A stretch of DNA of 64,000 nucleotides from Geosiphon pyriformis uo1 (GCA_016748015.1 JAAOMT010000760.1:820216-884215); one strand, 5' to 3'; shown: positions 1 to 14,709, numbered from the stretch's first letter. The notes: generated from the sequence alone by a model not told the origin. Numbers and translations: made by a program.

Positions 1-2683
1 ACTATGATTTATAGCTTTTTATATAAATAATAATTAATATTTCAGTAATAACAATATTATATAGTTGATCAAAATCAAATCAAATTTTAGACTTAAGATA
101 AAGAATTGATTTTAAATATATTTTGTTATTTTGAGATTAAAAATACAAAGCTTATTTATTGAGTTGAAATAAATACTAAAAGTAAACTTTGTAATTTGAG
201 TATTTTATTTTTATTTTTTAATATGCCGAATATATTCTTCCATTATTAAACGAGCTAATTAAATGTCGCTAACTAAAATATATAATGGTTGTTTTTGATT
301 TTAATTCACACTGATTGGACGGTTTACGTCTGAATCAAAATGGAACCTAGAATTTCACGAAAAAAGGTTTTTCTGAGACACTTAAAACTCAATTAGATTT
401 AATTTTCCAGTTAAAAAGGACCTATCGAAATCATTGATCATAAAAATGATAAATCGAGATTAGGATCATCAGGCCAAAAATTTCACGACTTTACCTTTCT
501 TTAACAAGTGATCTAAAATAAATGATTCACTCCCATTAGCATTCATTCACATACGAATTTTTCATATGAGGCTTTCGGGTTTCAAGTTAAAGGTGAATAA
601 ACATGAATTAATTTTAAATATTTAATTTTTATATCCTTTAATACTTTTTTAACAAATAGTTTTTTCAGCAAATTTTTGTGAAGAATATAAATTTTATTTA
701 ATTGAAATTGCTATTATTGCACTAATATTAATAGGTCCTCTATATTTTATAAAAAAGTAAAATATCCCAAGGTATTTGTTTTTTTTTTGGCAGATAATTA
801 TAATTTTAAGTTTTAAATGAATTGAATACTTAATAACTTTCATTTATTTAAAGTGATAGTTTTGCATTTGTTTTTGTAATATTAATTCTAGTCGATATCT
901 AGGTAATATTTTATTCACTATTTCAGTTGCCTTTAATTCAAAAAGATTTATTTTTCTAAAATGCAAAAATATAATGTTACTAATAATTAAAATAAATAAA
1001 AGAAAATAATTTAATGTTTAATAGAAATTTGTTTTTAAAGAGTTACTATTTTAAAAGTGAGATTATATTTTGCTTGAAAACTTTTTACTCTTTTCGAGTC
1101 TCTTAAAGCTTCTATCTTTGACAGTTATTAAAAGTATTTTTTATATCATCGCACATTAAAAAACCAAAAGTTTCTAAATTTAATTAGCGGGAAACACAAA
1201 TACGCAATTAAAAGTTATATTTCTAAAACTATTCAGCTAAAGAACGTTTTATGACTTAAGTCTGTGGTAAATATCAAAACTTCAAAGATCACTTTTTGTT
1301 AAACCAGCTTATAATTACTGATGCTTATAATAAAAAAATTTATTCTTTTAACTTTATTGTGGGGTTTAAAATAGTAGGCTATAAAATATTTTGCCAGTGA
1401 AAATTTTTAACATAAGTAGCACAACCTTCAGAAAATGCATAATGAAATTGAACCTATTTTTTTTAATTTGAATAACTTCATACTCATTGACAAAAAAAGG
1501 CCACTGGACTACTTTTGAAGTTATTGGCATATAAAAAATATAAAAAGTTTCAAAATAGGGTCCATGATTTAACACACCATAAAATCTATATGTGCCAACA
1601 AATTCGCTAAGTTAAATATTTCTAGCTTTGCCATCTCTGTTTTGAGGTTTTTTATCAATCCATAAATGAGTATTTACACATACATTGAGTGGACAAAAGT
1701 CACTAAACACTTTTTTTGTTTCTTTATTAAATATGTTTTATACATAATAATTAATAATAATTTGGTCCTCCCTTCTTCTTTATACATTTTTCAACATGTT
1801 TAAACATACTAAAAATCAAATTTTTATAAATTTCTGAGGAAATTTTGCTCCATTTATCTTGTAATGTCATGAATAATTCCAAAATATTTGTGAGTTGCAG
1901 ATTTCATTTTTTGAGTTGTTTTTGTAAATAGTTTTTTACATATTCTATAAAATTGAAATTGGGCAATTGTGCTGGCCATTTGGGGAGTAATTTGATGTTT
2001 TTTCTATTATTCATGTCTTTATATCTTGGGCAGTATGGATTGAAGCATTGTTTTTTTGAAAAAAATAAGATCGATGTTAAAATTTGTATTCAATCTATGA
2101 TAACATATTTTTTTCTAAAAGCTCAATATGACCAAACCGATTTCTACCTTCAACTACTTTGAATGAATATTGAATAGTATTGATTGTTTATATTGAGAAA
2201 GTGTATTTTGAATAGTAGATTTGAGATAACTAAGTTTTTCTGATATTTTATGATAGAATATTTTTTTGAAAAATAATAATTTTTATATACTCAAAATTAT
2301 TCAATTCTTTTTTTTGAATTTTAGATGTTTTAGAATTTATTAAATTCCTGCAAATTTTCGTCCAGATCTTGGAAATAAAAGGTAAACAATTAAAATTATA
2401 TCTTTATTTAGATTAATAACTATTTATCTATAAACAAATTTTTGTGTTTATTTTTATCATTTATGTTACTTTAAATAATAAAAATATAACTTTTGTCCAT
2501 TCAATATAACTAATTAATCAATATATTGATGAAAATCAAAATCAAATCAAAAATTTCAAACCACTTAGCAAATACTTTGTATAAGCTTTTTAAAGATTTT
2601 TTTGGATATTTTTTAATAGTTAAATAAACTTAATTTTAAAAGTTAATACTTTTAAATTAAATAAATCATAGATTTTTATATAT

Positions 2684-5600
2684 ATTAATTATTTAAGCTA
2701 ATTAAAGCAATACTATATATTAATTTTAATTACAATATTACTTATACCAAAGATCTTAACAATACCAAAAAATTGCATTATATTATTAAATGAAACAATA
2801 ATATTACTTATAAAATAATAAAATAAATAAATAAATAGTTAATTTATAGCATTAATTAACAATTATAAATTAAAAAAAATTTTAAAAATATCAAAAAAAA
2901 TTTTAAAAATTCCAAAAATGTCAGAAATATTAATAATAACTCAAAAAAAGTAGAAAAATAGTTAAAAATACCAGAAATATTATATTACAAGATTTATATA
3001 TATATAATATTATTATTAAAAACAAAAAAATATCTAATTTATATTAAATTTATAATTATTTTATTATCTATAACACAATTTGTTTATTAATTATTTTATT
3101 AAAATTATTTAATTTTAATATTTTACTTATAAAAAGCAAGCAAATACTAATAATATATATTTAAAAACTTTAATATATTAAAATAATAATTTTTAATTAT
3201 AATTATTAGCAAAATATTAAACTTTTTTTTTACTTTATTTTTATTTTATTTTTTTTGTTTTGTTATTTATTTTATATTAAATTAATTGAAAAAAAGTGTT
3301 AAAATTATAATATTATAAATAACTTGGTAAAAAATAAATAAATAAATAAATAATAATTTATTATTAACTAATAACTTAATAAAAAGATAAAAACATTAAA
3401 ATAAACTAAATTATTATGCTAAAAAAATAAAACACCAAGTATTACCAACTTTTATCAATTAAATTTTTATTTATAGTATAAAAAATACAATTAAAAAAAT
3501 CTTTAAATTTATAAAATTTATAAAATTTTATTATTAAATAGTACTAATTTATAAGTTATTAAAGTATATATTTATTTATAATATTATATATTAAGCAATT
3601 ATAATATAAAAAAATATTTTAATCAATTATTTAATATATATATTATCACAAAAAATTAATATTACTGCCAAAAAAAATTAAAAAAAGATAAAATTGTTAG
3701 ATAACAAACAATATTATTATAATTTAAATATAAAATATATTATAAAAAAAATAAAAATACTAACAATTTATTAAAATAAAACAAATTTAAAAAACTTAAC
3801 AAAAATTTTAAAACTTTAAAATAAACAATTAAACATATTAATAACTATATTATTATTTAAATATTTAATAGGTTAAAAAAAAATATTTTAAAATAAAAAA
3901 ATTGAATTCAAAATCAAATTAAATATTATCTTATATATTAAAATATATTATTAAAAAACAAAAAAACCCAAAAAATTTATTAAAACTAATAATAGAACAA
4001 AAAAAACAATTTTGTTCAATATAAACTTTAATCTAATAATAAAATATTTTTATTAAAAAATAATAATTAAGTAAATCAAAAAACTGTATTATTAATTAAT
4101 ATTATATTATAAATATTATTTAATATATACAAAATTGTAATATTTACCAAAAAAAATTAGACTTAATAAATTACTAAAACCAATTAAAACTAAACAATTA
4201 TTTGATTAAATTATTAATAATAATTATTAACAATTAATATATATTAGTTATTATAAACTATTTATTAAATAACCAAAAATTAAAACAATTTAAAAAGCAA
4301 ATATAGAATTAATAGTTAAATTTGTTTATTAAAACTTAATATGTTAACATAAATATTTAAAAAAATTGTTATTCATTAAAAAACTTATTTTGTAAACAAT
4401 ATATTGACTAAAATAAGTTAAAAATTTGAAGTAAAAAAACTATTATTATTATTATTATTATATTATTTATAAATAAATAACTAAAATAAATAATTAATAA
4501 AATATTGTATAAAATACTAGCCAAAATTAATCAAAAAAATCAAAAAAAATAGAATTTATTTATACTATCTGTAAAATTTACTTATTGAACAATAAAACAA
4601 GATATTATAAAAATAATACTATTTAAATTAATATATAATAAAACAACAATATTATTAGTAAATAACAATAATTATATATTTAAATAAACTAATAACAGAA
4701 ACAAAATTTTTAAAAATATTATTAAAACAAATTATATAACTTAATAAAAATATTAAAAAAAACAAAAANNNNNNNNNNNNNNNNNNNNATTAATTATTTA
4801 AGCTAATTAAAGCAATACTATATATTAATTTTAATTACAATATTACTTATACCAAAGATCTTAACAATACCAAAAAATTGCATTATATTATTAAATGAAA
4901 CAATAATATTACTTATAAAATAATAAAATAAATAAATAAATAGTTAATTTATAGCATTAATTAACAATTATAAATTAAAAAAAATTTTAAAAATATCAAA
5001 AAAAATTTTAAAAATTCCAAAAATGTCAGAAATATTAATAATAACTCAAAAAAAGTAGAAAAATAGTTAAAAATACCAGAAATATTATATTACAAGATTT
5101 ATATATATATAATATTATTATTAAAAACAAAAAAATATCTAATTTATATTAAATTTATAATTATTTTATTATCTATAACACAATTTGTTTATTAATTATT
5201 TTATTAAAATTATTTAATTTTAATATTTTACTTATAAAAAGCAAGCAAATACTAATAATATATATTTAAAAACTTTAATATATTAAAATAATAATTTTTA
5301 ATTATAATTATTAGCAAAATATTAAACTTTTTTTTTACTTTATTTTTATTTTATTTTTTTTGTTTTGTTATTTATTTTATATTAAATTAATTGAAAAAAA
5401 GTGTTAAAATTATAATATTATAAATAACTTGGTAAAAAATAAATAAATAAATAAATAATAATTTATTATTAACTAATAACTTAATAAAAAGATAAAAACA
5501 TTAAAATAAACTAAATTATTATGCTAAAAAAATAAAACACCAAGTATTACCAACTTTTATCAATTAAATTTTTATTTATAGTATAAAAAATACAATTAAA

Positions 5601-6873
5601 AAAATCTTTAAATTTATAAAATTTATAAAATTTTATTATTAAATAGTACTAATTTATAAGTTATTAAAGTATATATTTATTTATAATATTATATATTAAG
5701 CAATTATAATATAAAAAAATATTTTAATCAATTATTTAATATATATATTATCACAAAAAATTAATATTACTGCCAAAAAAAATTAAAAAAAGATAAAATT
5801 GTTAGATAACAAACAATATTATTATAATTTAAATATAAAATATATTATAAAAAAAATAAAAATACTAACAATTTATTAAAATAAAACAAATTTAAAAAAC
5901 TTAACAAAAATTTTAAAACTTTAAAATAAACAATTAAACATATTAATAACTATATTATTATTTAAATATTTAATAGGTTAAAAAAAAATATTTTAAAATA
6001 AAAAAATTGAATTCAAAATCAAATTAAATATTATCTTATATATTAAAATATATTATTAAAAAACAAAAAAACCCAAAAAATTTATTAAAACTAATAATAG
6101 AACAAAAAAAACAATTTTGTTCAATATAAACTTTAATCTAATAATAAAATATTTTTATTAAAAAATAATAATTAAGTAAATCAAAAAACTGTATTATTAA
6201 TTAATATTATATTATAAATATTATTTAATATATACAAAATTGTAATATTTACCAAAAAAAATTAGACTTAATAAATTACTAAAACCAATTAAAACTAAAC
6301 AATTATTTGATTAAATTATTAATAATAATTATTAACAATTAATATATATTAGTTATTATAAACTATTTATTAAATAACCAAAAATTAAAACAATTTAAAA
6401 AGCAAATATAGAATTAATAGTTAAATTTGTTTATTAAAACTTAATATGTTAACATAAATATTTAAAAAAATTGTTATTCATTAAAAAACTTATTTTGTAA
6501 ACAATATATTGACTAAAATAAGTTAAAAATTTGAAGTAAAAAAACTATTATTATTATTATTATTATATTATTTATAAATAAATAACTAAAATAAATAATT
6601 AATAAAATATTGTATAAAATACTAGCCAAAATTAATCAAAAAAATCAAAAAAAATAGAATTTATTTATACTATCTGTAAAATTTACTTATTGAACAATAA
6701 AACAAGATATTATAAAAATAATACTATTTAAATTAATATATAATAAAACAACAATATTATTAGTAAATAACAATAATTATATATTTAAATAAACTAATAA
6801 CAGAAACAAAATTTTTAAAAATATTATTAAAACAAATTATATAACTTAATAAAAATATTAAAAAAAACAAAAA
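2684..6873. repeat. Apparently exact ~2.1 kb tandem duplication (2684-4768 and 4789-6873) split by a 20-N gap; likely assembly artefact over an extremely AT-rich relic
   Basis: Sequence after the N run restarts at the sequence seen at 2684 and looks identical up to the gap edge, whereas true repeats in this window are clearly diverged. Confidence 0.85.
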
Positions 6874-7043
6874 CAGCTAATAACATTAAAGTTTTACAAA
6901 AAAAACAAAAAAAAACAGAATAATTAGCTATTAAATAAACCAGTTATATACAAAATTAAAAACAAAGTACTATTATATTATATTAAGACAAAAAAACAGT
7001 AAAATAGAAAATTTGATATTAATAGAATGATCTATTTCAAATA

Positions 7044-7390
7044 GAGCAGACTGCAACAAAACCAGACAAAGTAAATATTTTATTATGTAACATAAATAAA
7101 AAACTAATATTGCTAAAGTTAACTAATTTGACTAATAGTATTTTGATTATTACAACAATAACATGTATATAAATTTATGTAGCAAACTTCCATTACTATC
7201 TAAAATTATGTAAAATTAATATAAAATTATATTAATATAAAAAATATAAATATGAAATTAATTAATATTAAATCTATTATGGAACCAAGAAATTACAATA
7301 CTATTTAAAACATTTTAAAGAAAGCTCAAGGAGAAAAAATTGCTTCATATAGTTTTAAAATAAATAACACCAAAATTCTTGAGGAATATC
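7044..7390 (+). repeat. Left TIR of Sola2-like element
   Basis: Aligns with the reverse complement of ~12983-13331, mostly with transition mismatches. Confidence 0.85.
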
Positions 7391-8499
7391 TAAATAATAA
7401 TAAAGAAAAAATCATTATAAAATATATCAAAAGAAAAGAGTTTTTAAATAGTAAAAGATATTTTCAATTAAGAATCAAAAAAAAAGAAACTTGGCAAAAT
7501 AAATTGACAAACAAACAACTTTTTTTTTTAATTTTTTTGCAAATTTAAACAAATAATATTAGTAGTATTAATATCAAACTTATGCTTACCAATCATAATA
7601 AAAGATATTAACTATTGTCATTTTTTTTTGATTTGTATATTTGGTATTTTTGTATTTTTTTGCTGCTTTAACAAAGTTTTAATTTTTTAAATTATTGATA
7701 TTAGTGGTAACATGATAAATATTATTAGCTTGCAAATTTTAAGAACATTTATAATTAGATATAACATAATATTTATCTTTGAAATGTTTTCTAGTTAAAT
7801 TAATTATATAAACATGATCATTAATATACAAATCAAAATCAGGATGATTATTTCTAATTCATTCTTAATAATAAAGTTTATTTTCATTGCTGATTTTTTC
7901 AACAAAAATTATGTCTAGCTTTGTTTGAAGAAAATTAGCTCAAGCATTAAAAAATTTTTTTCTTTTTGACTTAATTAAAAAAGATTTTTCACTTCCTTTG
8001 CTTTTGTTTAAAGTAAAACTGACCACTACTAATTCACAAATTAAGTTTTTTTTTAAGAACTTGAAGATTTTTTCAGTTATGGAAAAAAAAGTGCAAAATC
8101 TTACATATTAATAAAGAGATATTTAGAATTATTCTTGTCAGAATTTTTTTTTTAATCTGTGAAACTTTTCAATTGCTTTCTTTTCATTTTTATTATCACT
8201 ATCATAATGCATAAATTTGTACCTCTTATAAAAAAAGCTGCTTAAATTCTCTTATTCTCAAAATCTTTTAAAAAATTCTTTAAAGAAGTCTTTGACTCTA
8301 ATACTTTCTTGTAAATATTTATAGATAGAGATTGTTTTATAACTTAATATATATTTATCTTAATCACAAATGGCTTTGATCAGATGATTTTTTTGTTGAC
8401 TGATTTGCTTAATTAAGCAGTAAAAACAATTAATGTAATTTTGATTAGACATTATTTAATTTTTAACATTCATTCAATAGTTTTAACCAAGTGATATTT

Positions 8500-10300
8500 T
8501 TAAACACATCTTTAACAAAAGACTAAATATAATTATAAAAGTATTTTTGCCTTTTGTACATCATAGAAGGAGGCACAAACATAAGCATGGAAAATAACAT
8601 GGTCTTGATTTTTTTTATACTCTTTGAAGCTTTGAATTTGTTAATTTTTAAAAGTCTGAATTCTTGAAAAGAACTATTAGTGAATTCTTGAAATTTGATC
8701 ACACCATAGTTGGCCCTAATAAACAAAAAATGCTGAAACTTTTGTAAACCAGATAGTTTTTTAAAATAAGCTTCCAAACCACTTATGATGTCAAAATATT
8801 AAAAGCTTTTTTTAGTTTCATAATATTAAGTTTTATTTAACTCAGTAATACTTGATCTTTTTATTATATCTATAACATAATCTATACAATCTACACTTGT
8901 TTTTCAATACAGTTTTTTAATCAATTCAAAACTACTATTATACTTAAATTTAGTATGTCTAGGTACCACAAAATTTAATTTGATACTTTCATAATAACTG
9001 CAAATTATTAAATATAGATAAAATTAAATAGTAATATTATTTTTATTCTGTCCTTCTATATTATTACAAGTGATTTTCAAATACTTTTTATTTTTATTCA
9101 ATTTCTTTATTCTATCAAATACCATGCTGACCATATCATTAAAATTTTTGCCAATTATTTTATCTTCATTGAAAACATAATTAATCTGTTCATATACTGC
9201 ATTATTTTAAATATTAAATAAATGTACTTTACATGGACTAAGATAATAAATTTTACTTACCTGTTAATTAGAATAGAACATGTAAACGTTTTGTGCCCAA
9301 TCATAACTATAATGAGCAGTAGTATCAATACTACAATATTCAGCTTTACCTTTTATTATAAAATGCTTATTTACTAATTTTTTTTGCTCTTCTGCTAATT
9401 TTGTATTTTTGTTGTAATAATTTCTCTCTAATTTAGCTTTAATTAGATGTTTTTTGGATTTTTTCAATAAATCTTTTGCTTTTTTTTTTTTGTAAGCATT
9501 ATACTACAAGTCATTCTAAAAATGTTGGCACATGTCACATAAATCTGTTCTTGGTCTTATAATTTGAATATAAAGTGTTAATTAATGTCATAATTTGTGA
9601 AATACATTATACTTTAACAATTTCAATATGTTATTATTTTCAAGACCTGCAATAAAATCACAATAAACCAATTTATAACTTGTTTTGGCTGGCAATAATG
9701 TAAGTGATTGAGTAATATAATTGACATTTCTATTAGAACTTGGTAATTTATAAATTTTAGTATAATTTTCAAAAAAAATTTTTATGATAGTAATAATAGT
9801 TATATCTATAATTATTTTGGTTTTTCATCATAACACCATAAATGAACAGTATTATGCCATTTGTTGCTAGATGGTTTTTGACATTTCGAAATAAATGTAA
9901 TTAATTTCTAACATATTGAGATACTTTTGCTAACAAAGAGGTATATTGTAATCTCAATAATAAAATATTTGTTTATTAGTATGTGTTTTCTTTCTAAAAT
10001 GTTGGCTGATGGTTATTTCTCTACCATTTAGTGCTTTCAATTGGCTATTGAAAATATATCTTGTTCAAATCTAGAGAAAGCTTGAAATGCCTTATACAAT
10101 TCAGTAAACTTTTCTTTTAGAATTTTTTTAAGCAACCACAATTGCAATCTATCTCCAAAAAACACATTGTTTTTTCATATTCAATAGAGTTATTGTAATT
10201 ATTATTATTATTTATATACAGATAATCCTATATATAAATTTTATCACTTTTATAACTGTAATCTGCATATGTGTTTAAACAAAGGCATTAATTTCAAGTT
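8500..10300 (-). pseudogene. Sola-type DDD transposase, decayed
   Basis: Minus-strand translation gives RPRTDLCDMCQHF, HYSYDWAQNV, ITCNNIEGQNKNN (decayed DNCxGQNKN), VPRHTKFKYNSSFELIK (decayed PGHTKFxCDxxFGLIK) and LSGLQKFQHFLF, in the expected order, with many stops. Boundaries approximate. Confidence 0.8.
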
Positions 10301-10799
10301 GATCTGAAATTTTAAAATATTTTACTATTATTATAATTTCTGTTAATTGTTAAGTCTAAAATAAATCATGTTTAATTAAAACTTACATTTACTACTCTGG
10401 AATTCTTAAGTTAATGGTCAAAGTGAAATACTAATAACGAGTTCCAAAAAAAACTCTGTTATTTAACTTAAAAAAATGGCAAAATAAAATAAAATAAAAT
10501 ACATTAAATTACAAATGTTATAACAGTATAATTCTATTTATTATCTTATTTAAAATACACAAAAATTACAATAAAATTCAATAAAATGACTATTTTTATT
10601 CTAGCAATAATCAACTCAAATTCTATGATCACATTAATCTTACTGAAAATAATCAAATATAGGCTTATTTTTCTTTTTTTTTATTACTACATTACTAGTA
10701 TTTCAACCAATATAAAAACATGATAATTTTTAATTGCATATTCAGTTACATAAAACAGTTTTTGTAGTTACATTCTCTATACAATTATCAGATTCCTGA

Positions 10800-12420
10800 G
10801 AACTAACAGGACAACTGTAGAGATATAATTGTATATTTATCTAGTAAATAAGATAATTTCATTTGTTTTTTTTCAAAAAACTTCCACTTTTTTTTTGTGT
10901 CTGCTTAACTTGCTATTTCAAAATCTATCAAATAGATGTCTTTACTGTTATCAATTAAAATATTTTTCTCTTAAATGTCATTTTGGAGAATAACATGCTT
11001 GTGGATAGCTTCTAATGCCTTAAGAACTCTTAAACTTTACTGTTTTGTTATTTTGTGTTTATCTAATAGAATACTAACAATGATCAATCTAATAATAAAG
11101 CACATTCCTCCTCCATAATATCTATAACAAACCAATTTCAGAATATATTGTCTCTGAATATTAGCAAGACTTTTATAGATCTCTATTTTTTTTGCATTTT
11201 TTTTAGTACATATAATGATGCTTTTGCCAAGTTGACAGTCTTTAAAGCAATTGTTTTATCACGAAATTTGCATAAAAGTATTTTACTACTTTGGTCTTAA
11301 TCTAGTATATCCATAAACCTAAAGTCTGTAAAAGCAAAATTATGTAGCTTGTCTAAAACATTGGATAATTGTTGATATGTGAATGTACTGGTAGTCAATT
11401 GTTAATTTGCTAATTGGGTAGAAGATAGATTAAGGGATTCAGGATTATTTTTTGTTTGTTAAGTTAAATAAGCATATATCTTAAGCACTGGTAGAGATTT
11501 TGATTGTAGTAGAAGAGTTTCTAAGATCCAAAGTATTGTGTACTCTTAGCATAAAAATCAGTAATTATTATAGGCGGTTACAATATTATATTTATGTTCA
11601 TTTGCTTCTATATAATTGTAAATTTGTTAAACCACTATTCTTGCCTTGTTATTATCCTGATAAAACTCAGAAAGTGTTCTTCTATCAATATCTTCTAACA
11701 CATGCTTTCTTTTAACTTCAATTACTAAGATTAATAATTCTTTAAGATAATAATTAATGTTTAATATACCAGAAACATGGGTTTAAAGCCTTGAAAAATT
11801 ATAACTTTCTAATAACATAAGCCTATTTAACACTATACAAATGTTAGAATTTAAGACATCATAAACATTTTCTTTATTAATTATTATTCTATTTTTGCTA
11901 AATTGCAGTCTTTTGAATCTCAGTTGTTGATTGAAGTGAAATTGGTTTACTTCCTCAAAAAAATTATTCCAAAGCAGTATACTTGTCAGTAGGTTACTAT
12001 TGATTTTTATGTTGGTCTTTAATGTAACACATTTTGTAGAATATGTTATGAGTAATATAAATAACAGTGTTTATTCCAAGCTGATTTTAACTAGAAAAAT
12101 AACTCCAGTTAGTAATAAATTCACAGTATAAAAAACCACATTACTATGTCTATTTTATCCTATATACATACTACTTTATGTTTTCAATGCTCAGATCACA
12201 AAGTTATTACCTTTCAAATTGAATTTAAGTTGGAGTATTTACATTTCCACATCTTGTATCTTGTTGTTAGTAAGTCTTTCTGCCTCTCCAATCTTTTCAA
12301 CTCTTTCTTTTTTATGACACTAAGTTTGGTTTTAACACTTAGCATTTTTAACCTCTCCAGTTTTGTGTTCACGTTTTTATACTCCTTCTTAGCATTATAG
12401 TATGTTTGTTAAATGATACT
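10800..12420 (-). pseudogene. Coiled-coil + PD-(D/E)xK-like + protein kinase gene, decayed; cargo inside the Sola2 element
   Basis: Minus strand reads IALKTVNLAK, KIEIYKSLANIQRQYILKLVCY, LEAIHKHVILQNDI*EKNILID...IYLIDFEIA (decayed HNDIxxxN and DFG kinase motifs), preceded by QIYNYIEANEHKYNIVTAYNNY*FL (nuclease-like segment) and a K/E-rich coil. Boundaries approximate. Confidence 0.7.
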
Positions 12421-12982
12421 TATGTTGAATAATTGTAAAGTTTGTTTTAATAAACTGCATAATGTGATGTTAAATATACTAATGCTAATTAATAGCTTAA
12501 TTAATAACATATATATTAATAATAAAAATGTAATCAATAATAATCAATACACAAAAATTGCATTAACATTATGAGATAAATGAATAGTTTACAATAAAAT
12601 CAGAACCAATTTGCTTATATTTAGAGTAAACTTAAAACAGTTGATTTGCTGATCAAATATAATAATTTATTCTGGTGTTTCTTATTTATTCCTTTAATAT
12701 TTACTCATTATTTCTAATATAATATATTAAATTGTGTCAGATTTATAGTATTTGTGATACAGTGAACTAAAATTATTGCTATTCTTACTCAATTACATAA
12801 AAAATTGTGGAAATTTGTTCTGATTATCGATAATTATTAACAATAATAAAGAAACAAATATTTGCTTTATGTTTCTAGTTTTTGTTTTTTTTTGGTTTAT
12901 TATAAGTTGAGTTTAAAGTTTATTTATTAGTTATGATTTTTTTTTCTTCTTGGTAAATTTCATAAGTAATTTTTTCTTGATT

Positions 12983-13331
12983 GAAATATTTCTAGAGAGT
13001 TTGAGTATTATTAATTTTAAAAACATATGAAGAAATTTTTTCTTTTTGAGCTTTTTTTAAAATGCTTTGAATAGTGCTGTAATTTTTTGGTTCTATAGTG
13101 GATTTAATATAAATTCGTTTTATATTTATATTTTTTATATTAAAATAATTCTATATTAATTTTATATAATTTTAGATAATAATAAAAGTTTACTACATAA
13201 ATTTGTGTATAAATTATTGTTGTAATAATCAAAATACTATTAGTCAAATTAATTAACTTTAATCACATCAGTTTTTTATTTATGTCATATAATAGAATGT
13301 TTATTTTGTTTGGTTTTGTTGCAGTTTGCCC
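12983..13331 (-). repeat. Right TIR of Sola2-like element
   Basis: Reverse complement aligns with 7044-7390. Confidence 0.85.
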
Positions 13332-13941
13332 TATATAAAAGCACAACTTCATGTATTACCACTACATATTAAGTGATATTAATAATAGAATTTTATTTTT
13401 AACTTGTCTAAAATTGAATGTGAGTTATAATTTGGTAATCTCTTTAATATAAGCTAAAAATAAATTTAATTTCCGATTTTTATTCAAATTAGTATTATTT
13501 TCTCTTATATAATTTAATTGTGCAAACAATTTTTTAGGATTAACATCAATCAAAAAATATTCTAAATTAGCAGATTTTTAATAATAGACTAATAATCAAA
13601 GAATAGCCCAAATATGCAAAACTTTTCTATAATATCTTTTTAAAATCTAAAAAAAGTGAGATAATTTGTAATTATTTATTAAATAGCTAATTAAAAATAA
13701 TAATAAATTTTATTTAAGGAAATTTTTTTTTTCTATTTTTTTTAAATAGAAAATCAGCTTTTTTAAAAACTTTTTTTGGAAATTATGATTCAAATTTTAA
13801 ATTCAAATGAAAAAACATTTTTTTTTTTTAATTTATCCAAAAAAAAGTGAACAAGCCAAAAATTGAATTAAACCAAAATAAAAACTTGTATAGATTTTTT
13901 ATTATCTGCATGAAATCAAAAATATATATATATAAATACAT

Positions 13942-14709
13942 TGTTACTTATAGAAATATAGGAAATATATATTAGCATAGTTATTAACCAATCAGAAGTA
14001 GACGTAATAAAATGTAGAATTCCAGGATTCCTCTTAAAGGAATTGCAGAATTTCAGGAATTTCAGAATTCCTGTTGTGAAGAATTGAGGAATTGAGGAAT
14101 CTTAATTATGTATATATAACAGTAGCATTAGAAGCTAAAAAGACAGACCTCTCTGTTTAGATTTCATCTAGACAACTTTTCAAACCACAAATAAATAACT
14201 GTTTGTTATCTCAAACCTGCTGCCACTATCAACACTTTATGTTGATAGTAATTGATACTTAACCACACTGGAACAATAGCTCTTGATCATGACTATTGAT
14301 AGAATACTAACTTGCAAATCACTTTGGCTTATTTATAATTTTCTTTTATTTATTTATTTATTTTATTTTGATTTTATTGTTGTGCACTAATTGGTTGAAT
14401 AAAGCACTAGATTACTAATGTCAAGGATTGCCTGGTAAAACACTCCTATGAAAGAATAGGACACGTACAAAAGATACAGGATACTTACCAGAAAACTGCT
14501 GGCTATTACACCAAGAGAAAAATTGACAGAATTGTGATTTTGAGAAGCTACAAATAAAACAACTATTGAATCTCTGTTCATTATACAAAGAACTCAAACT
14601 GAAACCTTCAGATACAAAACCTTCAGAGCACTATCAACTACAACTAGATTTGAGCACCAAGTTACAGGTTTGTTATTTAATCCAACACCAAAAATAGTCA
14701 TCTGTAACA
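13942..14709 (+). mobile_element. Solo LTR, Gypsy family A subfamily (768 bp)
   Basis: TGTTAC...GTAACA termini, homologous to the LTRs at 14941 and 24490, no PBS or PPT adjacent, flanks ACAT/AAAT (degenerate 4-bp TSD), shorter U3 repeat array. Confidence 0.9.

Larger units (their letters stand above)
7044..13331 (-). mobile_element. Sola2-like DNA transposon with long TIRs, decayed
   Basis: ~350 bp imperfect inverted repeats starting GAGCAGACTGCAACAAAACC (7044) and, on the minus strand, GGGCAAACTGCAACAAAACC (13331), i.e. 5'-GRG termini. Flanks AATA/TATA (4-bp TSD with one mismatch). Internal Sola-type transposase motifs. Confidence 0.8.

Noticed and set aside
2684-6873. Recent 2.1-kb tandem duplication
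   Set aside because: Apparently identical copies abut a fixed 20-N gap, typical of an unmerged contig overlap.
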